This document shows positions 1-11,800 of a DNA stretch of 64,000 bases, piece after piece. Both the position numbers and the translations under genes were made by a program. The notes under the pieces were generated by a model that saw only the letters and a program-made list of their open reading frames with translations, was not told where the DNA came from and made no database searches. Source of the stretch: Gordius albopunctatus (lineage: Eukaryota); NCBI GenBank assembly GCA_964276515.1, contig OZ193910.1, forward strand, positions 8,432,001 through 8,496,000, given 5' to 3'. Positions within the stretch are counted from its first letter, which is position 1. The number at the start of each line of letters is the position of its first letter.

Positions 1-173
1 ATATTGTTCAGGTTAAAATAATTCACAATTTTTTCCTTTCGGGCATATTCAACCGATGAAAGTTGTTATTTTCAGACGTGATTTCCATGATAAAAAGTCA
101 AAATTTATCAGAATTAGAGAACTGTTACTTTTAAATCATCATCGCATAGAGCATGTTTCAAAAATTAAGCACT

Positions 174-215
174 AACGTTGCGATACAACTAACTAATCGC
201 AACAATATAACGTTG
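174..215. other. Dyad/hairpin module present in every monomer: GTTGCGAT (177-184), loop, ATCGCAAC (196-203), with AACGTT palindromes at 174-179 and 209-214
   Basis: GTTGCGAT and ATCGCAAC are exact reverse complements. TAACGTTG occurs as a direct repeat on both sides. Confidence 0.9.
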
Positions 216-251
216 TCTTTTCTCAAAATGATTGTTCTCGCAGCTTAAAAC

Positions 252-304
252 TTCTTTCTAAAGTCAATCGAGCATAAAAGGTTTCTCAAATTGGCTTACT
301 TTAA
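252..304 (+). other. Dimorphic cassette: type B (TTTCT(A/T/G)AAGTCAATCGAG(C/G)ATAAAAGGTTTCTCAAATTGG) here; type A (TTATAAGGAGTCGATCGAGATTAATAGGATTCTCAAAT(C/A/G)AG) at e.g. 601-641
   Basis: Two discrete multi-substitution haplotypes occupy the same monomer position throughout the array, while the rest of the monomer is nearly invariant. Confidence 0.92.
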
Positions 305-1759
305 TATATTTTTTCAAGCTCTTTTACATAAAATAACAAAAAATATATTTTTTCAGGATAAAATAATTCACAATTTTTTTCCTTTCAACCATATTCAACC
401 GATGAAAGTTGTTATTTTCAGACGTGATTTCCATGATAAAAAGTTAAAATTTATCAGAATTAGAGAACTATTACTTTTAAATCATCATCGCATAGAGCAT
501 GTTTCAAAAATTAAGCACTAACGTTGCGATACAACTAACTAATCGCAACAATATAACGTTGTCTTTTCTCAAAATGATTGTTCTCGCAACTTAAAACTTC
601 TTATAAGGAGTCGATCGAGATTAATAGGATTCTCAAATCAGCTTACTTTTATATATTTTTTCAAGCTCTTTTACATAAAATAACAAAAAATATATTGTTC
701 AGGTTAAAATAATTCACAATTTTTTCCTTTCGGCCATATTCAACCGATGAAAGTTGTTATTTTCAGACGTGATTTCCATGATAAAAAGTTAAAATTTATC
801 AGAATTAGAGAACCATTACTTTTAAATCATCATCGCATAGAGCATGTTTCAAAAATTAAGCACTAACGTTGCGATACAACTAACTAATCGCAACAAAATA
901 ACGTTGTCTTTTCTCAAAATGATTGTTCTCGCAGCTTAAAACTTCTTTCTTAAGTCAATCGAGCATAAAAGGTTTCTCAAATTGGCTTACTTTAATATAT
1001 TTTTTCAAGCTCTTTTACATAAAATAACAAAAAATATATTTTTTCAGGATAAAATAATTCACAATTTTTTCCTTTCAACCATATTCAACTGATGAAAGTT
1101 GTTATTTTCAGACGTGATTTCCATGATAAAAAGTTAAAATTTATCAGAATTAGAGAACCATTACTTTTAAATCATCATCGCATAGAGCATGTTTCAAAAA
1201 TTAAGCACTAACGTTGCGATACAACGAACTAATCGCAACAATATAACGTTGTCTTTTCTCAAAATGATTGTTCTCGCAGCTTAAAACTTCTTATAAGGAG
1301 TCGATCGAGATTAATAGGATTCTCAAATAAGCTTACTTTTATATATTTTTTCAAGCTCTTTTACATAAAATAACAAAAAATATATTGTTCAGGTTAAAAT
1401 AATTCACAATTTTTTCCTTTCGGCCATATTCAACCGATGAAAGTTGTTATTTTCAGACGTGATTTCCATGATAAAAAGTTAAAATTTATCAGAATTAGAG
1501 AACCATTACTTTTAAATCATCATCGCATAGAGCATGTTTCAAAAATTAAGCACTAACGTTGCGATACAACTAACTAATCGCAACAAAATAACGTTGTCTT
1601 TTCTCAAAATGATTGTTCTCGCAGCTTAAAACTTCTTTCTGAAGTCAATCGAGGATAAAAGGTTTCTCAAATCAGCTTACTTTTATATATTTTTTCAAGC
1701 TCTTTTACATAAAATAACAAAAAATATATTTTTCAGGTTTAAATAATTCACAATTTTTT

Positions 1760-4700
1760 CCTTTCAACCATATTCAACCGATGAAAGTTGTTATTTTCAG
1801 ACGTGATTTCCATGATAAAAAGTTAAAATTTATCAGAATTAGAGAACTATTACTTTTAAATCATCATCGCATAGAGCATGTTTCAAAAATTAAGCACTAA
1901 CGTTGCGATACAACTAACTAATCGCAACAATATAACGTTGTCTTTTCTCAAAATGATTGTTCTCGCAACTTAAAACTTCTTATAAGGAGTCGATCGAGAT
2001 TAATAGGATTCTCAAATCAGCTTACTTTTATATATTTTTTCAAGCTCTTTTACATAAAATAACAAAAAATATATTGTTCAGGTTAAAATAATTCACAATT
2101 TTTTCCTTTCGGCCATATTCAACCGATGAAAGTTGTTATTTTCAGACGTGATTTCCATGATAAAAAGTTAAAATTTATCAGAATTAGAGAACCATTACTT
2201 TTAAATCATCATCGCATAGAGCATGTTTCAAAAATTAAGCACTAACGTTGCGATACAACTAACTAATCGCAACAAAATAACGTTGTCTTTTCTCAAAATG
2301 ATTGTTCTCGCAGCTTAAAACTTCTTTCTTAAGTCAATCGAGCATAAAAGGTTTCTCAAATTGGCTTACTTTAATATATTTTTTCAAGCTCTTTTACATA
2401 AAATAACAAAAAATATATTTTTTCAGGATAAAATAATTCACAATTTTTTCCTTTCAACCATATTCAACTGATGAAAGTTGTTATTTTCAGACGTGATTTC
2501 CATGATAAAAAGTTAAAATTTATCAGAATTAGAGAACCATTACTTTTAAATCATCATCGCATAGAGCATGTTTCAAAAATTAAGCACTAACGTTGCGATA
2601 CAACGAACTAATCGCAACAATATAACGTTGTCTTTTCTCAAAATGATTGTTCTCGCAGCTTAAAACTTCTTATAAGGAGTCGATCGAGATTAATAGGATT
2701 CTCAAATAAGCTTACTTTTATATATTTTTTCAAGCTCTTTTACATAAAATAACAAAAAATATATTGTTCAGGTTAAAATAATTCACAATTTTTTCCTTTC
2801 GGCCATATTCAACCGATGAAAGTTGTTATTTTCAGACGTGATTTCCATGATAAAAAGTTAAAATTTATCAGAATTAGAGAACCATTACTTTTAAATCATC
2901 ATCGCATAGAGCATGTTTCAAAAATTAAGCACTAACGTTGCGATACAACTAACTAATCGCAACAAAATAACGTTGTCTTTTCTCAAAATGATTGTTCTCG
3001 CAGCTTAAAACTTCTTTCTTAAGTCAATCGAGCATAAAAGGTTTCTCAAATTGGCTTACTTTAATATATTTTTTCAAGCTCTTTTACATAAAATAACAAA
3101 AAATATATTTTTTCAGGATAAAATAATTCACAATTTTTTCCTTTCAACCATATTCAACTGATGAAAGTTGTTATTTTCAGACGTGATTTCCATGATAAAA
3201 AGTTAAAATTTATCAGAATTAGAGAACCATTACTTTTAAATCATCATCGCATAGAGCATGTTTCAAAAATTAAGCACTAACGTTGCGATACAACGAACTA
3301 ATCGCAACAATATAACGTTGTCTTTTCTCAAAATGATTGTTCTCGCAGCTTAAAACTTCTTATAAGGAGTCGATCGAGATTAATAGGATTCTCAAATAAG
3401 CTTACTTTTATATATTTTTTCAAGCTCTTTTACATAAAATAACAAAAAATATATTTTTCAGGTTAAAATAATTCACAATTTTTTCCTTTCAACCATATTC
3501 AACCGATGAAAGTTGTTATTTTCAGACGTGATTTTCATGATAAAAAGTTAAAATTTATCAGAATTAGAGAACCATTACTTTTAAATCATCATCGCATAGA
3601 GCATGTTTCAAAAATTAAGCACTAACGTTGCGATACAACTAACTAATCGCAACAATATAACGTTGTCTTTTCTCAAAATGATTGTTCTCGCAGCTTAAAA
3701 CTTCTTATAAGGAGTCGATCGAGATTAATAGGATTCTCAAATCAGCTTACTTTTATATATTTTTTCAAGCTCTTTTACATAAAATAACAAAAAATATATT
3801 GTTCAGGTTAAAATAATTCACAATTTTTTCCTTTCGGGCATATTCAACCGATGAAAGTTGTTATTTTCAGACGTGATTTCCATGATAAAAAGTCAAAATT
3901 TATCAGAATTAGAGAACTGTTACTTTTAAATCATCATCGCATAGAGCATGTTTCAAAAATTAAGCACTAACGTTGCGATACAACTAACTAATCGCAACAA
4001 TATAACGTTGTCTTTTCTCAAAATGATTGTTCTCGCAGCTTAAAACTTCTTTCTAAAGTCAATCGAGCATAAAAGGTTTCTCAAATTGGCTTACTTTAAT
4101 ATATTTTTTCAAGCTCTTTTACATAAAATAACAAAAAATATATTTTTTCAGGATAAAATAATTCACAATTTTTTTCCTTTCAACCATATTCAACCGATGA
4201 AAGTTGTTATTTTCAGACGTGATTTCCATGATAAAAAGTTAAAATTTATCAGAATTAGAGAACTATTACTTTTAAATCATCATCGCATAGAGCATGTTTC
4301 AAAAATTAAGCACTAACGTTGCGATACAACTAACTAATCGCAACAATATAACGTTGTCTTTTCTCAAAATGATTGTTCTCGCAACTTAAAACTTCTTATA
4401 AGGAGTCGATCGAGATTAATAGGATTCTCAAATCAGCTTACTTTTATATATTTTTTCAAGCTCTTTTACATAAAATAACAAAAAATATATTGTTCAGGTT
4501 AAAATAATTCACAATTTTTTCCTTTCGGCCATATTCAACCGATGAAAGTTGTTATTTTCAGACGTGATTTCCATGATAAAAAGTTAAAATTTATCAGAAT
4601 TAGAGAACCATTACTTTTAAATCATCATCGCATAGAGCATGTTTCAAAAATTAAGCACTAACGTTGCGATACAACTAACTAATCGCAACAAAATAACGTT

Positions 4701-6730
4701 GTCTTTTCTCAAAATGATTGTTCTCGCAGCTTAAAACTTCTTTCTTAAGTCAATCGAGCATAAAAGGTTTCTCAAATTGGCTTACTTTAATATATTTTTT
4801 CAAGCTCTTTTACATAAAATAACAAAAAATATATTTTTTCAGGATAAAATAATTCACAATTTTTTCCTTTCAACCATATTCAACTGATGAAAGTTGTTAT
4901 TTTCAGACGTGATTTCCATGATAAAAAGTTAAAATTTATCAGAATTAGAGAACCATTACTTTTAAATCATCATCGCATAGAGCATGTTTCAAAAATTAAG
5001 CACTAACGTTGCGATACAACGAACTAATCGCAACAATATAACGTTGTCTTTTCTCAAAATGATTGTTCTCGCAGCTTAAAACTTCTTATAAGGAGTCGAT
5101 CGAGATTAATAGGATTCTCAAATAAGCTTACTTTTATATATTTTTTCAAGCTCTTTTACATAAAATAACAAAAAATATATTGTTCAGGTTAAAATAATTC
5201 ACAATTTTTTCCTTTCGGCCATATTCAACCGATGAAAGTTGTTATTTTCAGACGTGATTTCCATGATAAAAAGTTAAAATTTATCAGAATTAGAGAACCA
5301 TTACTTTTAAATCATCATCGCATAGAGCATGTTTCAAAAATTAAGCACTAACGTTGCGATACAACTAACTAATCGCAACAAAATAACGTTGTCTTTTCTC
5401 AAAATGATTGTTCTCGCAGCTTAAAACTTCTTTCTTAAGTCAATCGAGCATAAAAGGTTTCTCAAATTGGCTTACTTTAATATATTTTTTCAAGCTCTTT
5501 TACATAAAATAACAAAAAATATATTTTTTCAGGATAAAATAATTCACAATTTTTTCCTTTCAACCATATTCAACTGATGAAAGTTGTTATTTTCAGACGT
5601 GATTTCCATGATAAAAAGTTAAAATTTATCAGAATTAGAGAACCATTACTTTTAAATCATCATCGCATAGAGCATGTTTCAAAAATTAAGCACTAACGTT
5701 GCGATACAACGAACTAATCGCAACAATATAACGTTGTCTTTTCTCAAAATGATTGTTCTCGCAGCTTAAAACTTCTTATAAGGAGTCGATCGAGATTAAT
5801 AGGATTCTCAAATAAGCTTACTTTTATATATTTTTTCAAGCTCTTTTACATAAAATAACAAAAAATATATTTTTCAGGTTAAAATAATTCACAATTTTTT
5901 CCTTTCAACCATATTCAACCGATGAAAGTTGTTATTTTCAGACGTGATTTTCATGATAAAAAGTTAAAATTTATCAGAATTAGAGAACCATTACTTTTAA
6001 ATCATCATCGCATAGAGCATGTTTCAAAAATTAAGCACTAACGTTGCGATACAACTAACTAATCGCAACAATATAACGTTGTCTTTTCTCAAAATGATTG
6101 TTCTCGCAGCTTAAAACTTCTTATAAGGAGTCGATCGAGATTAATAGGATTCTCAAATCAGCTTACTTTTATATATTTTTTCAAGCTCTTTTACATAAAA
6201 TAACAAAAAATATATTGTTCAGGTTAAAATAATTCACAATTTTTTCCTTTCGGGCATATTCAACCGATGAAAGTTGTTATTTTCAGACGTGATTTCCATG
6301 ATAAAAAGTCAAAATTTATCAGAATTAGAGAACTGTTACTTTTAAATCATCATCGCATAGAGCATGTTTCAAAAATTAAGCACTAACGTTGCGATACAAC
6401 TAACTAATCGCAACAATATAACGTTGTCTTTTCTCAAAATGATTGTTCTCGCAGCTTAAAACTTCTTTCTAAAGTCAATCGAGCATAAAAGGTTTCTCAA
6501 ATTGGCTTACTTTAATATATTTTTTCAAGCTCTTTTACATAAAATAACAAAAAATATATTTTTTCAGGATAAAATAATTCACAATTTTTTTCCTTTCAAC
6601 CATATTCAACCGATGAAAGTTGTTATTTTCAGACGTGATTTCCATGATAAAAAGTTAAAATTTATCAGAATTAGAGAACTATTACTTTTAAATCATCATC
6701 GCATAGAGCATGTTTCAAAAATTAAGCACT
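1760..6730 (+). repeat. Tandem duplication of a 7-monomer unit (2416 bp)
   Basis: Diagnostic variants recur at +2416: GCAACTT 1965/4381, ATTTTCATG 3531/5947, CGGGCAT ~3835/6251, ORF starts 4086/6502. Confidence 0.85.
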
Positions 6731-8870
6731 CACGTTGCGATACAACAAACTAATCGCAACAAGATAACGTTGTCTTTTCGCAAAATGATAGTTCTCGCAG
6801 CTTAAAACTTCTTATAAGGAGTCGATCGAGATTAATAGGATTCTCAAATAAGCTTACTTTTATATATTTTTTCAAGCTCTTTTACATAAAATAACAAAAA
6901 ATATATTGTTCAGGTTAAAATAATTCACAATTTTTTCCTTTCGGCCATATTCAACCGATGAAAGTTGTTATTTTCAGACGTGATTTCCATGATAAAAAGT
7001 TAAAATTTATCAGAATTAGAGAACCATTACTTTTAAATCATCATCGCATAGAGCATGTTTCAAAAATTAAGCACTAACGTTGCGATACAACTAACTAATC
7101 GCAACAATATAACGTTGTCTTTTCTCAAAATGATTGTTCTCGCAGCTTAAAACTTCTTATAAGGAGTCGATCGAGATTAATAGGATTCTCAAATCAGCTT
7201 ACTTTTATATATTTTTTCAAGCTCTTTTACATAAAATAACAAAAAATATATTGTTCAGGTTAAAATAATTCACAATTTTTTCCTTTCGGCCATATTCAAC
7301 CGATGAAAGTTGTTATTTTCAGACGTGATTTCCATGATAAAAAGTCAAAATTTATCAGAATTAGAGAACTGTTACTTTTAAATCATCATCGCATAGAGCA
7401 TGTTTCAAAAATTAAGCACTAACGTTGCGATACAACTAACTAATCGCAACAATATAACGTTGTCTTTTCTCAAAATGATTGTTCTCGCAGCTTAAAACTT
7501 CTTTCTAAAGTCAATCGAGCATAAAAGGTTTCTCAAATTGGCTTACTTTAATATATTTTTTCAAGCTCTTTTACATAAAATAACAAAAAATATATTTTTT
7601 CAGGATAAAATAATTCACAATTTTTTCCTTTCAACCATATTCAACTGATGAAAGTTGTTATTTTCAGACGTGATTTCCATGATAAAAAGTTAAAATTTAT
7701 CAGAATTAGAGAACCATTACTTTTAAATCATCATCGCATAGAGCATGTTTCAAAAATTAAGCACTAACGTTGCGATACAACGAACTAATCGCAACAATAT
7801 AACGTTGTCTTTTCTCAAAATGATTGTTCTCGCAGCTTAAAACTTCTTATAAGGAGTCGATCGAGATTAATAGGATTCTCAAATAAGCTTACTTTTATAT
7901 ATTTTTTCAAGCTCTTTTACATAAAATAACAAAAAATATATTTTTCAGGTTAAAATAATTCACAATTTTTTCCTTTCAACCATATTCAACCGATGAAAGT
8001 TGTTATTTTCAGACGTGATTTCCATGATAAAAAGTTAAAATTTATCAGAATTAGAGAACCATTACTTTTAAATCATCATCGCATAGAGCATGTTTCAAAA
8101 ATTAAGCACTAACGTTGCGATACAACTAACTAATCGCAACAATATAACGTTGTCTTTTCTCAAAATGATTGTTCTCGCAGCTTAAAACTTCTTATAAGGA
8201 GTCGATCGAGATTAATAGGATTCTCAAATCAGCTTACTTTTATATATTTTTTCAAGCTCTTTTACATAAAATAACAAAAAATATATTGTTCAGGTTAAAA
8301 TAATTCACAATTTTTTCCTTTCGGCCATATTCAACCGATGAAAGTTGTTATTTTCAGACGTGATTTCCATGATAAAAAGTCAAAATTTATCAGAATTAGA
8401 GAACTGTTACTTTTAAATCATCATCGCATAGAGCATGTTTCAAAAATTAAGCACTAACGTTGCGATACAACGAACTAATCGCAACAATATAACGTTGTCT
8501 TTTCTCAAAATGATTGTTCTCGCAGCTTAAAACTTCTTATAAGGAGTCGATCGAGATTAATAGGATTCTCAAATAAGCTTACTTTTATATATTTTTTCAA
8601 GCTCTTTTACATAAAATAACAAAAAATATATTTTTCAGGTTAAAATAATTCACAATTTTTTCCTTTCAACCATATTCAACCGATGAAAGTTGTTATTTTC
8701 AGACGTGATTTCCATGATAAAAAGTTAAAATTTATCAGAATTAGAGAACCATTACTTTTAAATCATCATCGCATAGAGCATGTTTCAAAAATTAAGCACT
8801 AACGTTGCGATACAACTAACTAATCGCAACAATATAACGTTGTCTTTTCTCAAAATGATTGTTCTCGCAG

Positions 8871-11800
8871 CTTAAAACTTCTTATAAGGAGTCGATCGAG
8901 ATTAATAGGATTCTCAAATCAGCTTACTTTTATATATTTTTTCAAGCTCTTTTACATAAAATAACAAAAAATATATTGTTCAGGTTAAAATAATTCACAA
9001 TTTTTTCCTTTCGGCCATATTCAACCGATGAAAGTTGTTATTTTCAGACGTGATTTCCATGATAAAAAGTTAAAATTTATCAGAATTAGAGAACCATTAC
9101 TTTTAAATCATCATCGCATAGAGCATGTTTCAAAAATTAAGCACTAACGTTGCGATACAACTAACTAATCGCAACAAAATAACGTTGTCTTTTCTCAAAA
9201 TGATTGTTCTCGCAGCTTAAAACTTCTTTCTTAAGTCAATCGAGCATAAAAGGTTTCTCAAATTGGCTTACTTTAATATATTTTTTCAAGCTCTTTTACA
9301 TAAAATAACAAAAAATATATTTTTTCAGGATAAAATAATTCACAATTTTTTCCTTTCAACCATATTCAACTGATGAAAGTTGTTATTTTCAGACGTGATT
9401 TCCATGATAAAAAGTTAAAATTTATCAGAATTAGAGAACCATTACTTTTAAATCATCATCGCATAGAGCATGTTTCAAAAATTAAGCACTAACGTTGCGA
9501 TACAACGAACTAATCGCAACAATATAACGTTGTCTTTTCTCAAAATGATTGTTCTCGCAGCTTAAAACTTCTTATAAGGAGTCGATCGAGATTAATAGGA
9601 TTCTCAAATAAGCTTACTTTTATATATTTTTTCAAGCTCTTTTACATAAAATAACAAAAAATATATTGTTCAGGTTAAAATAATTCACAATTTTTTCCTT
9701 TCGGCCATATTCAACCGATGAAAGTTGTTATTTTCAGACGTGATTTCCATGATAAAAAGTTAAAATTTATCAGAATTAGAGAACCATTACTTTTAAATCA
9801 TCATCGCATAGAGCATGTTTCAAAAATTAAGCACTAACGTTGCGATACAACTAACTAATCGCAACAAAATAACGTTGTCTTTTCTCAAAATGATTGTTCT
9901 CGCAGCTTAAAACTTCTTTCTTAAGTCAATCGAGCATAAAAGGTTTCTCAAATTGGCTTACTTTAATATATTTTTTCAAGCTCTTTTACATAAAATAACA
10001 AAAAATATATTTTTTCAGGATAAAATAATTCACAATTTTTTCCTTTCAACCATATTCAACTGATGAAAGTTGTTATTTTCAGACGTGATTTCCATGATAA
10101 AAAGTTAAAATTTATCAGAATTAGAGAACCATTACTTTTAAATCATCATCGCATAGAGCATGTTTCAAAAATTAAGCATTAACGTTGCGATACAACTAAC
10201 TAATCGCAACAATATAACGTTGTCTTTTCTCAAAATGATTGTTCTCGCAGCTTAAAACTTCTTATAAGGAGTCGATCGAGATTAATAGGATTCTCAAATC
10301 AGCTTACTTTTATATATTTTTTCAAGCTCTTTTACATAAAATAACAAAAAATATATTGTTCAGGTTAAAATAATTCACAATTTTTTCCTTTCGGCCATAT
10401 TCAACCGATGAAAGTTGTTATTTTAAGACGTGATTTCCATGATAAAAAGTCAAAATTTATCAGAATTAGAGAACTGTTACTTTTAAATCATCATCGCATA
10501 GAGCATGTTTCAAAAATTAAGCACTAACGTTGCGATACAACAAACTAATCGCAACAAAATAACGTTGTCTTTTCTCAAAATGATTGTTCTCGCAGCTTAA
10601 AACTTCTTTCTTAAGTCAATCGAGCATAAAAGGTTTCTCAAATTGGCTTACTTTAATATATTTTTTCAAGCTCCTTTACATAAAATAACAAAAAATATAT
10701 TTTTTCAGGATAAAATAATTCACAATTTTTTCCTTTCAACCATATTCAACTGATGAAAGTTGTTATTTTCAGACGTGATTTCCATGATAAAAAGTCAAAA
10801 TTTATCAGAATTAGAGAACTATTACTTTTAAATCATCATCGCATAGAGCATGTTTCAAAAATTAAGCACTAACGTTGCGATACAACTAATCGCAACAATA
10901 TAACGTTGTCTTTTCTCAAAATGATTGTTCTCGCAGCTTAAAACTTCTTATAAGGAGTCGATCGAGATTAATAGGATTCTCAAATGAGCTTACTTTTATA
11001 TATTTTTTCAAGCTCTTTTACATAAAATAACAAAAAATATATTGTTCAGGTTAAAATAATTCACAATTTTTTCCTTTCAACCATATTCAACCGATGAAAG
11101 TTGTTATTTTCAGACGTGATTTCCATGATAAAAAGTTAAAATTTATCAGAATTAGAGAACCATTACTTTTAAATCATCATCGCATAGAGCATGTTTCAAA
11201 AATTAAGCACTAACGTTGCGATACAACTAACTAATCGCAACAATATAACGTTGTCTTTTCTCAAAATGATTGTTCTCGCAGCTTAAAACTTCTTATAAGG
11301 AGTCGATCGAGATTAATAGGATTTTCAAATCAGCTTACTTTTATATATTTTTTCAAGCTCTTTTACATAAAATAACAAAAAATATATTTTTCAGGTTAAA
11401 ATAATTCACAATTTTTTCCTTTCAACCATATTCAACCGATAAAAGTTGTTATTTTCAGACGTGATTGCCATGATAAAAAGTTAAAATTTATCAGAATTAG
11501 AGAACCATTACTTTTAAATCATCATCGCATAGAGCATGTTTCAAAAATTAAGCACTAACGTTGCGATACAACTAACTAATCGCAACAATATAACGTTGTA
11601 TTTTCTCAAAATGATTGTTCTCGCAGCTTAAAACTTCTTTCTGAAGTCAATCGAGGATAAAAGGTTTCTCAAATCAGCTTACTTTTATATATTTTTTCAA
11701 GCTCTTTTACATAAAATAACAAAAAATATATTTTTCAGGTTTAAATAATTCACAATTTTTTCCTTTCAACCATATTCAACCGATGAAAGTTGTTATTTTC

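Larger units (their letters stand above)
1..345 (+). repeat. Representative monomer (phase arbitrary; B-type cassette)
   Basis: Hand count gives about 42 G and 57 C in 345 bp (~29% GC). It has many A4-6/T4-6 tracts and 10 CpG. Confidence 0.95.

Noticed and set aside
1..345. Assignment to a known family (alpha satellite dimer, Drosophila 359-bp, Tribolium ~350-360 bp satellites, plant CEN180-type) or a CENP-B box
   Set aside because: Only size and AT content are similar. I recognise no diagnostic sequence, no canonical TTCG-N4-A-N2-CGGG box, and no clear direct ~172 bp half-repeat. BLAST is needed.
291..521. 76-aa ORF (identical copy at 4086-4316)
   Set aside because: It has a TTG start and lies wholly within satellite. 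The frame is open only because these monomers have an extra T in the CACAATTTTTTT run. The F/K/I/N-rich composition reflects AT-rich DNA and I recognise no domain.
601..612. TATAAGGAG as a TATA box or Shine-Dalgarno site, and TTTTCAG/GT as splice signals
   Set aside because: These are short motifs expected in AT-rich repeats. There is no downstream ORF or gene context.
6502..6753. 83-aa ORF
   Set aside because: It is the same spurious ORF, extended by a TAA-to-TCA satellite variant at 6731.
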